Assembly (NCBI RefSeq): GCF_902459465.1
Contig: NC_047063.1
Location: 9,982,001 to 10,046,000, forward strand
Direction of reading: 5' to 3'
DNA from: Asterias rubens
Lineage: Eukaryota
DNA length: 64,000 nucleotides
In this document: piece by piece, positions 1 to 11,371 of the stretch
Layout: each line of letters begins with the position of its first letter
Position numbering within the stretch: the first letter of the stretch is position 1
The notes under the pieces: model-generated
What the model was told of the DNA's origin: nothing
The model's input: the letters and a program-made list of their open reading frames with translations, nothing else
Database searches by the model: none
Program-made: the position numbers and the translations under genes

Positions 1-480
1 GGTGTTTTTGCTATAGAAACCATACCAAATCCGCCAAAATCAATCAATTGAAAGACAGTAAATACGCAACTGTACTGAATCCATCATAATCAACCAAAGC
101 ATGTTTGGCATAAATATGAATCCATTAAAATCAATCACTAACATTTTGGAGTATATCCAACTCAAGTGATACTGTTTATTGCAGTAATGAATCCATCACA
201 TACATGTACATGTAGGCCTATAGTGTACATGAAAGGTTGAACGATAATTATCACCTTTGTTCAATTGTCACTTAAAATTACCGGCCCATTATGACCATCT
301 CAAACATAACAGTTTACTTTTTCAGAAATACAATGCATGCAGCATTGTGATTTCAAAGTGAGATCGTTGTGTACCCAATTGGCATGTAGCAGCTAAAAGC
401 TGTTGGGTTTGTAAACTCTATGGCAAAACAGCATCATTGTCTTACGAAACGGGAAGGCAGAAGTAGGCACATTACATTAA

Positions 481-860
481 AGGAACACGTTGCCTTGGAT
501 CGGTCGAGTTGGTCCTTGAAAAGCGTTTGTAATCGTTTGTTATAAAATGCATAGGGGTGGAAAGATGTTGTAAAAGTAGAATACAATTATCCACACGAAC
601 ATGCCTCGAAATTGCACGGTTTTTCGCTTACCTCGTCGACTAACACGGTCGCCATTTATGGGAGTCAAATTTTTTACTCCCATAAATGGCCGACCGTGTT
701 AGTTAGCACAGTAAAAGGAAAACCATGCAATTTCGAGGCAAACTTGTGTGGATCATTGTATTCTACTTTTAAAACATCTTTCCAACCATATGCAATTTAT
801 AAAAACGGTTACAAACGCTTTTTATAGACCAACTCGTCCGATCCAAGGCAACGTGTTCCT
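481..860. mobile_element. MITE family B, full length, TTAA target duplication (Kolobok/T2-like)
   Basis: 34-bp TIRs AGGAACACGTTGCCTTGGATCGG(T/A)CGAGTTGGTC with 1 mismatch; TTAA at 477-480 and 861-864; homologous copy at 54287-54650. Confidence 0.85.
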
Positions 861-1290
861 TTAAGGACTAACAGTGAGTTACGACAAGTTTTGCACTAAC
901 TTGTCATTCTAAATTACAAGGCTTTGGATAATCTTTCTTTCCAGGCTACTACGTATCTAAGTCGAGTCTCCTGTTCGTATGTAGCCACCATCCATTTCAA
1001 ATTGTCCTTATACTATCGGGGACCATACTACCAACCCTGGTCTCCATCTGGTTATTACATGTATTTGCTTGTGTTAAGTGGTCGCAACATCTTGTCAATG
1101 ACAATATTAATAATGCCAAAATGCATATAGCGCCTTCATATTGAAATGCTCTAGGGCGCTGAACAAAAGGCACTTGTCAAAAACTAAGCACAGGTACAAT
1201 TATATGGACAAATTAAAAAATAAGAAACTAAATTATAACAATAGGAGTAAAAAGTCTTAAAAACATTCAACCTGATAATGCTCAACATAC

Positions 1291-4200
1291 CTGTCGTTAT
1301 GGAGAGCAGGCGTTACTAACATGGATCCGTCTAAGACATCGCCCTCTTTCACAGAAATTGGCTCGTCAAAGTACAGTACAGCTTGGTTCCAGTGAGTTCG
1401 ACTTAAAAACAAAATATACAACATACATTGTAAATAGTGTTGTAGCTAGACCAGTTTCAGTGGTGGGCCCAAAATTCAAGGGCGAGAGCGGCAAGATTAT
1501 TCATGTTTAGATATGGGGCCATCATTGTTTAAGTGCAATCCGGGGGAAATCTGTGCTGGGCAGCACAGTGTATTTTGCTCAGAGTGCAGAGAGAAATCTT
1601 TTTGTTCTTGGCAGGCCTGCCCGGCACCGCCCACCGTGAATACAACACTGTACTTATAATAGTAATAGTGTTACCTAGTCTTTGTCATGATCAATAAAAT
1701 CATTATTGTTTTCCTCTATGAACAATAGTAAACAGCAATGGCAAAGAACTATCAACTTTTTACAGAAGAGGACACCGTTCTTTTGGCCCTTTCAAACTCG
1801 GTGCACTTACATTGACTTGAAATGGAGAAGAATGCAAATTACTTGTAAATGTTTGTTTGAGTAGGCCTATAGCGCAAAATAAGTAAAGAAGCACAACACA
1901 AGAGTTTTTTTGCCTTGACAGATATTGAACTTGATACCACTTTGACAACCTTCATTAATTTGGTATTATTGTTTAACAGTAACAGTTGATTCCAGCTGCG
2001 GCAGTTGTTATTATTGTTTTTTTTGTGTTTTTTTTACTATACCGGTTACTTACGTGGCAAACGGTGACGTTGACAAGACAACAGTTTCCTTGCCTTTGAT
2101 CTCAAAGTAAGCGTCAAACCAAGTTGTAAATCCAGACAGTTTGGTCGTCTTGTTGCACGCCATTTTAAAACTCCCCTGCAATGGACAATCGATGAAAAAA
2201 ATGTATCTTTATATGGTACACTTATGGAGAGGCAATGAGGTCCCTATGTTTATCCCAAGGGATTTTAAGTGAGCTGGGGTCACCAAGGGTTAGGACATAG
2301 GACTAGTACTAGGAGATACTAAAACCTTAAGGCTAGTTCTAACTACTATCAAAAATGTACCTTAACGTTGTCTAGATCTTCGATGGTAACGGTGTTGATG
2401 TCGATTTGTGCCAACTCTTGTTCTTTACCGACCACCTCCGAGCTTGGTACATCCTCCCTTCGAACCGAGCCTGCGGGTAGAAAACAAGATTGCTTTTACA
2501 ATGCTGTGTTTTAGTACTTCTTTGTCTAAATTGTACAATGCTGTGTTTTAGTACTTCTATGTCTCAATTGTACAATTGAGCTCAATTGGTCATCGAAGTT
2601 GCAAGGGAAAAGGTTTCAGGCCTGAATTTTTGTATTATTTGACTGCGAAATTACCTCTTTCTTAAAAACTATGTTACTTCATAGTTTTAAACTATCAACA
2701 GCTCTCCATTGCTTGTTACTTGTAGTATAAACCCAACAAAGATACTAGATTTGGAATAATTGAATGAAATGCTCACCAAAGATGCGCTTCTTTGCAAAGG
2801 GAATCATACACTCCATGCTGAGGTCATAGGTTTCTTTAGTACTCGACCAGAAGTCAATCCTAGAATAGGATTAAATGATGTATAAGACACACTGATTAGT
2901 TTTAATGAATATATACATGTACAGCCCAATACACCAGCGAAAATTTTCTTCTGAACTACTGTTAAAGTTCAAGTATGAAGATCCCTAAATCACCACTGCT
3001 TGTTTGTTTGAGTGCAATTAATAAAGCCATACACTGACTTTTACACTGAAGTGTTTTTAAAATATGATTTCAACACGGATTCTGCCTTAGTTTGACTGAT
3101 GTCAGATTCACTCTGACACAGAAATGGTTTAGGCCCCATGGAACCCAGATCCAGTCAATTCTGTTTTTAGTATGCAGTAATAACTGATGATAAGCTTTCT
3201 TGAAATCCCAATGATGTATTGTTTGCTTTCTTGACGCTCATCAAGACCAAAGGCTCATTTTCTCACCTTCTCTCGTAGATCTTTTGGCTATCCACTGGCG
3301 CAACGAACAATGTGCACTTCGATGGTAAAATCAGGCCACCCTGGCAAAAAGAGACAGAAACAAAAACTACCAATTAAAAGCTGACCGGTTAAATTCCTTC
3401 CTGAAAATCCAACAAATGATTTTGGGGAAAAAATCAATCAAGAAGCATCCAACATGTTTGAATAAATCTTCTTCCTGATTGGAGTTTCCAATAAAAAACT
3501 GCTGTTCATTCTAAGACGTGGTTGCGTCTACTTGATATAAAAGTCTCTTTTGAACTTACCTCTTTCAGAAATCTGTCCCTGGCCACGACCACAGAATTCA
3601 GCATGGCTTCAAACAACAAGAAGTTACCCTGTAATGAATTGAAAATTCTTTTTTTCTTAAAATAAATTACTTCTCAACAACAGGCTTTTACAAAAGTCAT
3701 TGACTAAGCTGTATTCATCAAAACAATGTTTTCTACTAGCTATGCACATAATCAGAATCCACTCTATATGTGAACAGAATAGACCTTTATCATGGTGTAG
3801 CCATGCTGAAACTTTCCCATTAGTATCAATGTTTCCAAACCGAGGCTGGAAGAACAAAATAGTCTGGTTCCTATTTGCTAAATGCGTTCAATATTGTTAC
3901 ATTATGTGATGCGAGGATCATGACCAAGATGGAGGTGACATGATAAAGGTCTATATTCCCGTAGCATTAATTACAATGACATAAAGTTTTAAAACGTATG
4001 CTACAACCTAAGATAAACATACGAACTAACCATCCATGAGTCAAATGGATTATGTAGCTTAGTAGTAAACAGTAATACAGCAATGGATCCATTACCATTG
4101 ACTGAATAGTTAAACCAATATTTACCATCCATTCACTGACAATGACGTCAACTTTCTCTGGGAGTTGGACATCTTCTGCTTTCCCCGAGACCAACTCCAC

Positions 4201-7200
4201 TATATTCTCCAAGTTATTCTCCTTGACAACGAGCTTGGCTTGCTCTATTATAGCACTGGCATCGATGGCATAAACTGAAACAAAATGTGAAAATATTACC
4301 ATGTCATAACTCTTACTAAATGTTTGGTGTCAGGCATTTGCAATGGAAGAAACTGTGGAACAAGACATTTCTTTTGTCCATCTATCGTCTGGTGCCAGAG
4401 CTCTTAGACAACTGATTATGTTTTTCATGATGTTGTCGGGGGCCATTTTGAGTCCATTGAGGGAAAAGTAGCAACAAATTGTCACAGATCTAACAATATC
4501 ACCATAGAACTGTTTTTCTCCTTCTGACTCTCTAGAGCATGACGCTGTTGATCATACACCTGACACTAACTAACCAGGTCAATAAGTCAATCTTACGCCC
4601 TCTTGCGCTGGACCCAGCAATTCTCCGATCAATGGCTAGTCTTTACAGACTATCCTTTCTTATGAGATGCCCAACAAAAGTCAGTTGCAGCTTTCTGATA
4701 GACTCAATCTGATCCCTAATTATTTGCACAAAGTTAAGAAGTCCGATTCTTGATCATATAACAATGAAAGTCATGGTTTCCCATAACGGTCTGCTCATGA
4801 TCAAGAAGTCATAGGTCAGCCCCCAAAAGTAACTATATTGACAACAAAACTTTGAAAAGTACTTACCCTTTTTAGCACCAGCTTTAGCACAGAAACAACT
4901 GAGAATTCCTAGATAGAAGGGGAAAAAATAGTCACACTTTATGGTCAATGTTTCTTAATTAATGTAGACGGCACAAGGCGAGTGTGGAGAAAACAAGCCA
5001 GCAAGAGGAAGAGAGGAAAGATATGATTTGAAAATATTTCAAGGCCCATGGTCTTATGATAAATATGGGGAATGAAAGACCGAGAGTAGATGCCCCCCAT
5101 AACACCCACCTGGCCCCAATGTGGTTCTAACACTTGTAGTCCTCTAGTATTTAGCACAGCGTTGTTATTTGTTCATTTCAATGATGTAACAGTGCATCTA
5201 GTAGTGAATTATCAAAAAATGTATCATCAAATCAGGCTCACCTGTGCCACAGCCGACATCTGCTACGACTTTTCCCTTCAACAGGTGACTGCTTGCCATA
5301 ATGGCCTCCCTTTGAAACAATAATAATAATAATAGAAATAATCAATATTTATATTGTGCAATATCAATCTAATAAGGTGCTCAAAGTGCATGAAAAGAAA
5401 AATAGCAGCAATATAGAAAGGAGAAACAGACAAGAGGGAAGAGGGAATGGTAAGGATGGTAAGGGAAATAAAAGACTACTGAAAAGTAAGACAACCACCC
5501 CCCCCCCCAAAAAAAAACCACTTAATTTATAAGCCAAATTCAATACCCAAATTCGCAGCAGCTTTTCGAAGAAATCTCTTTCTAGTTGGCCATACTCTTC
5601 CAGATTGAGTTTCATCTTCACATGTGTTTTAAATAGTTTAATGGAACTGCCCTGCGGTGTAATTTCGCTAGGCTTATTGTGACAACAAAAGACGGTTTCA
5701 AAACTGCAGTAGGCAAAACTGCTCTATGAATACATGACAATAAACAGGCTGCTTGCCCTCTAGGAAGCTCACAAGTCTCAGGTCCTCGATCAGAAAACAA
5801 AAAGTTTGAATAATGCAGTGAATTGGAAGACTCTACTGAGTCATGAACAGTTCAAGCGCACATTATACCTGTAGGTTTGGGTGCGAGAGTGATCCCGAAT
5901 CATATTCTCGTGAATGTTCACATCAGCGTAAGCTCTGCAAAATACAAAATAAAAAGGAATGAGATTAATTCAAGGAGCACAGTGTCTACGGTATATTATC
6001 CAAGACCACACCCTTCCTATAGCGCTTAAAAGGGAGGTATTTTAATCCGTACATCATATCATATCTGGTGCAGAAACTAATAAATAATAATAATAACATT
6101 TTCATGTAATATCACATTTCACTGTTGATAATAAAAAAGAAATTGAGAAACGGTTCCCTCTTACGTAACATACTAGTTTTTGAGAAAGAGGTAATTTCAC
6201 TCAAATGATGAAAGACAAGTTCAGCTGAAGCCTTTTACTTTGCATCTGAAAGCACACAAAGTTGTACAAGGGTGTTTTTTCTTTTATTATTCTCTTGCTA
6301 CTTCAATGACTACTTGAGCCCAAGTTTCACAGATTGATTATTTTATGGATGTTGGGATACACCAAATGAGAATACTGGTCTTTGACAATTACCAAACGTG
6401 ACCAGTGCCTTTAAGTTGATTGCTTGAAGAACACAAAATACTGTTTTTTTTCTCATTGTTAACTGAAATAGTTCAAACTTACGTGAAGAAGAACTTGTCG
6501 GAACCCTTTAGGTCTGACCTAGGAATAAATAAAGCACAAAAAATAATCAACTCAAAACAAACAGACAACCTCCCCCCCCCCCCCAACACAAAAAGAAACA
6601 AAACCCGATGTCTTACATTGTACAACATGAAGACTAACATTGGTAAGGAATTTTAATTAATAGACAGTTCCCAAGCTTTTTTAATGCTATAGCCTGTTAC
6701 TTCTCAACTGAACATCATCGCTTATTTACAATAAATAAAATAGGGTTAAGCATTTTGTACGATTTTGAAGAAGGCAAGGCTTACAAGTCTTTGATTGCCC
6801 TTGGAAATTATACAACAAATAAAATTTGAAGGGAAAGGGGGGAACAAACCAATTGATAAGGGCCTTGTTATACCTCGGCTTTGACTTCAGGCCCCAGGAA
6901 CCATCTGATGTTCAAACAACAGTGCAAAAAACACTCTTCTCCTAAAAATACAACAAAACTCAAGCTGGGATTTTGGAAGGGCAAGGCTACACCTTTTCTA
7001 GCAACTGAAAATGGTTTTAATTGGAACAGTTTGGTGAACTGTTGCAAGTTCGTAAGGTTTCACACAATATCTAAAGCCCAAAACAGTATCACAGTTTGTT
7101 TTATTTGAAGGGGAGGAGTACTGTGAAGTATTGGCTTTGGCAAAGTCTCCCCGGGGGTGGATTTCACAAAGAGTTAAGACTTAGTCTCTCTACTTAGGAT

Positions 7201-8589
7201 GAGTTACTTGTTCTAAGTTAAAAGGACTAGCCTTAAGTTTTTAATATATCTCCTATGACTAGTTCTTAGTTGGGATTTGTCCTATTATTAAAGTCGATTT
7301 CACCAAATAAAGCTGTTGATTTCACCAAACTCTTTCTAACTTAGGATTCATCTTAAGACTTAGGACGGGTTCAGTTCAGTATCCAAACACGTAGGATGCA
7401 TTGAACCCATCCTAAGTTAGGACGGGTTATAAGCTTAATGGGTTACTCGTCCGTACGCATGTTACTCGAGTTAGGGTGAATCCTAGCGTTTCGTGAAATC
7501 GGCTGCAGGGCACATAATAAATACTACAGTCACTGATTGTACTATACTTACTTTGTGGTCATTCCACCATTGATGTCGACTTGATCCATCTTGAAGGTTT
7601 TGTAGGTCTGCAAAGGAAAATGGACTTATTTATTATTATAATCTTTTGACAACAATGATCATAGGCCTACACCATGGGATGTCAAGGCCAAGCGGATAAG
7701 AGCACCCAATTCAAGCTCTGTTGATTCCATTCAGCAGAGTGTGGGTGCGAAACCCGGTCGTGACACTTTTCCCTGAGAAAGACAATTAATTTAATAAACA
7801 CCCAGCAGGGTGGATATGTGCACATTACAAGTCTTATTATTATTATTATTATTATTATTATATTTAATTTAAAGGCAGTGGACACTATTAGTATTAGTAA
7901 TAACTCAAAATAATTATTAGCATAAAACCTTTTTTGGTGACGTGTAATGGGGAGAGGTTGATGGTATAAATCATTGTGAGAAACGGCTCCCTCTGAGAAG
8001 TGCCATAGTTTTCGAGAAAGAAGTAATTTTCCACGAATTTGATTTCAAGACCTCAACTCAAGTTTAGAACTTGAGGTCTCGAAATCAACCATCTAATTTA
8101 ACGCACATAACTTCGTGTGACAAGGGTGTTTTTTCTTCCATTATTATCTCGCAACTTCAACGACCGAATGAGCTCAAATTTTCTCAGGTTTCTTATTTTA
8201 TGCATGCATATGTTGAGATACACCAACTGTGATTGTGAAGGCTAGTCTTTGACAATTACCAATATAGTGTCCACTGCCTTTAATATTATTATGATTAGAA
8301 ACTTGGAAAGGCTATTCAATTTAATTGTGTATTTCATTTCCTAACATGCCTGCCTTTTCGGATTATTTGGCCGAGAGTTGTTCGTCCAAATGTTAATAAA
8401 TACAGGCCTTTTGACAGAGGGTGTCTAGACCCAAAGAAAAGAGCAACGTACTGCTGACCTAGCTGGGGACAGACACTGCTAAATGCGTGCCGTGTAAACA
8501 ACACCAATGAATCGAATGGGAGAGCACGTACGCATGGACACCATTTGATGACACTGACGCATTCATATGCATACAAACATTACCTCCAT
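1291..8589 (-). CDS. PRMT6: Type I protein arginine N-methyltransferase, PRMT6-like; multi-exon gene, 3'-terminal exon not resolved
   Basis: Exons traced by hand, all GT-AG with matching phases: 8584-8589, 7552-7607, 5869-5934, 5242-5309, 4867-4908, 4126-4274, 3560-3628, 3267-3340, 2777-2859, 2361-2470, 2054-2175, 1291-1401 (956 nt). Translation gives AYADVNIHENMIRD..RTQTY, motif I VADVGCGTG, post-I VYAID, double-E loop SEWMGNFLLFE, WFD, LSTSP and THW loop (THWNQ). The FWSSTKETY segment and C-terminal wording resemble my recollection of PRMT6 more than PRMT1/3, so the family is secure but the ortholog name is less so. The first ATG has a good Kozak context (gaaaccATGG). Confidence 0.8.
5330..5800 (-). 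mobile_element. Degenerate 3' end of an L2/CR1-group LINE
   Basis: Minus strand reads SSIKLFKTHVKMKL (like the S...FK..LKT.LF tail) and ends in gcactttgagcacc...(tta)n. Confidence 0.5.
6130..6414. mobile_element. MITE family A-related, one end truncated
   Basis: gagaaacggttccctc...gacaattaccaaacgtgaccagtgcctttaa matches the family A right half. Confidence 0.7.
7873..8279. mobile_element. MITE family A, full length, TTAA-flanked
   Basis: TIR AGGCAGTGGACACTATT...AATATAGTGTCCACTGCCT; TTAA at 7869-7872 and 8280-8283; internal palindrome tttcgagacctca..tgaggtctcgaaa shared with the other copies. Confidence 0.85.
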
Positions 8590-9132
8590 GGTTTCAATAG
8601 GCAAGGCTAACTGTGACCAGATCATTGGAAGATCAATCTGACAGAATATCGAAGTGTTTTAGGTGCAAAAGTTTCTCGGATAGCGCCCTCTTTTGAACCA
8701 TCGATCTTCTCTTTACTTTTCCGGGAAGTCTAGTCTATCTGATGTAAAATCTTTCGGCAATGCGTTCCCCCGAATCCCCGTTTCTCCGAAAGATAATCTC
8801 ACCATGGGACTCTGGGAGGTAATTCATTTACGACTTGAGTAAACAATGAGGTCAAGGTTTTGCTGGAGGTTAACCACTGAGCAATGTTAACAAGATCCAA
8901 TTTGGTTCTCGAGTCGCAGGGAATTTGGACTTGAGTGGTTCACATACATAGGACGGGTTTATTTAAAGTTTGGGGATTCCCACTATTAACACTACCCGTA
9001 AAATACTACGCAGACCCCAGGGATTGCAGATCAGACACCATTTTTGACTGGCCATCTCTCTCCAGTGCAGTGAGCTCCAGTGTAGTGACACACACTTTCA
9101 GCAGTGGTTACGCCAAACACGTTTGCTCCAAG
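8590..9132. promoter_or_regulatory. Probable bidirectional promoter and 5'UTRs between the divergent PRMT and protease genes
   Basis: The two start codons are only 543 bp apart and point away from each other. A plus-strand donor (GAG|gtaatt, 8818/8819) and an acceptor (ctctctccag| at 9065) suggest a non-coding first exon for the protease gene. Confidence 0.55.
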
Positions 9133-11371
9133 ATGGAGAAAGCAAATGCTCCAAAATTGAAGTACATGTACATGTTATTGATCACGTTTGCGTTAGGCAT
9201 CATGTAAGTATTTTTTATAAGAACAATATTATCCAGTAAGTCTGATTATTATTAATATATTATCAAGTAAAGTCTGAACATACCAAGACCCAGTAACTGG
9301 GGCGCTGTACTCCTTTTTTTCGAAATTTTGACCAACCGAGAATGTCAACATTTCGGAAAAAGGAGTACAGCGCCCCAGTTACTGGGTCTAACTCTCTTTT
9401 AACATCGGTCTCTTCGCTAAATGGCTTTCTTTTAACGGCAATTGGACACTTTCGGTAAACAGTATTGTTCAAAGGCCCACACTTCGTGTATCACAACTTA
9501 TAATATATATTAAATAACAAACCTGTGAAAATTTAGGCTCAATCGGTCATCGGAGTCGGGAGAAAATAACGGGAAAACCCACGCTTGTTTCCGCACGTTT
9601 CACCGTGTCTGACATGTGTTGTCTGACATGTGTTTACTATAATCCGTAATTCTCGTTGTCGAGAATTGATAATTTTTTTAATGTTTTTTCAAAAAGTCAA
9701 TTATTTCATGGAATAATATTTCAAGACAAGTCTTTTACCATTGCCTTCTGTAAACCCCGTAAGTTATTTGTAAATCTGTGGACTTTTACTTTTGTTTCTG
9801 TTCTGAAAGTGTATAGGCCCCTAATGGATTTAACAATACATCAGTCTCTTCACTGTGAAGAGACTCGATGTTAATGAGAGTCATTTACAGCTCAACAAGG
9901 TGGGCTAGGTTTTAACTCTTCGCCAGATGTGTTTTGTAATTGTACGATTTTATTTATGATTTTCTGGTATTTGAATTCTCTCTGAGACAGATTTGTATCC
10001 CCGGGTAGTAGTACAGGAGTGAGCTCTTCGCCAGATGAGTGTGGATCAACTCTTCGTGCTGGAATGGGATTGATATCGTCTCCGGTCAAGCCGGGGTTTC
10101 CCATCCAGTACCCTGCCGGCCTCCAATGTGAGTGGACTCTTACTGCTCCAGCGAGTCGCCGTGTGAAATTGCAGTTTTCGGAGTTCGACTTGCAATCTAC
10201 CAGTACCAGCTTGTGCAAGTTAGTCTATCAATTGTCTTCACAAGACGCGTTTATATCTCAGTTTTCTAAAGAAAATTAGGCTTTTAAAGGCCCTGTTCAT
10301 GTTTGGTGTATCCCATCATAAGCATAAAATAACAAACCAGTGACAATTTGGGCTCAATTGGTCATCAAAGTTGCGAGAAAATGATAAAAGAAAAAGCACC
10401 CTTGTTGGACGAATTTGTTTGCTGTCAGATAGGAATAAAAGACTTCTAGCTAGAAGTCTTTTAATATTTTAGTGAGAAATTAACTCTTTCTCAAAAACTA
10501 CGTTACTTCAGAGGGAGTTGTTCCCAAAATGGTTTATACTATCAACAGCTCTCCATTGCTTGTTACCAAGTCAATTTTTAAGTTTATATTTGTTTTGGGT
10601 AATGACCAAACATGTACCTTCCCTTTAAAGGTGTGGAATGAAAGACCAGCATTATAACGGGCCTGTCATGTATTCATGAATATTGAAAAAGAGGGTGAAG
10701 TTTAATATGTGAAGTTGTTGTCAAATGAAAATGTTGATGATGGAATAGTTTTCGGCCTTGCCCAAAGTCCATTTGGCAAAGAAAATATCTTCACAATACT
10801 ATGATTCCAAAGACATTGCTGGTCAAACTAAATAGTGCAGAAATATGGCGCGCTGTTTTAAATTACTAATGGGAGCGCGGTTACAATTCAAAGACCGAAC
10901 TCCGACGTGTTGATATACCCCCAGTAAATGCTAAATACTGAAATTTGCCACTGGTAGATGTGGGACATTTTCCTAAAAACACTGCATGCACAAACTCTGC
11001 ACTCACAACAAAAATTAACGTCTTAATAATGAGACAAATGGAAGAGTAGTATTGTTGAGTCATCTGTGCATTTTGCGATGGTTTGAGGGGTGTTTCCCGG
11101 CCCTCAATCTAAAATCACCTAGGCCTATACACTGTCACATAATATCATTTATTTTACTCATCATTTGATTGCTTATTTCCTGTATTGGTTGACAGAGATG
11201 ATTTTGTGGAGATTATTCAAGATGGTGACAATGCCGAGACGTCTGTATCCACAGTCTATTGCGGACAGCAACTACCGCCAATAACCGTCTCAGCGACTAA
11301 CGTATTGCGCCTGCGTTTCTTTACTGATGACGTCATCGGGGGCTCAGGATTCAGCGCTTTCTACGATACTG
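9133..11371 (+). CDS. Exons 1-3: N-terminal hydrophobic segment (signal peptide or anchor) and CUB domain
   Basis: MEKANAPKLKYMYMLLITFALGIIFVSP, then CG..L....G.ISSP..PGFPIQYPAGLQCEWTL...VKLQFSEFDLQ..C.DDFVEI...YCG...LRLRFFTD...GSGFSAFY, which fits the CUB consensus. Confidence 0.9.

Noticed and set aside
997-1090. Candidate last PRMT exon (phase-compatible, RCCDHLTQANTCNNQMETRVGSMVPDSIRTI*)
   Set aside because: It does not resemble the final beta strands of PRMTs and the acceptor is weak. The true last exon may lie outside the window.
6433-6440. Possible micro-exon supplying YF to the PRMT (TATTTTGT on the minus strand)
   Set aside because: The acceptor is purine-rich, the donor (gttctt) is poor, and 8 nt would break the frame.
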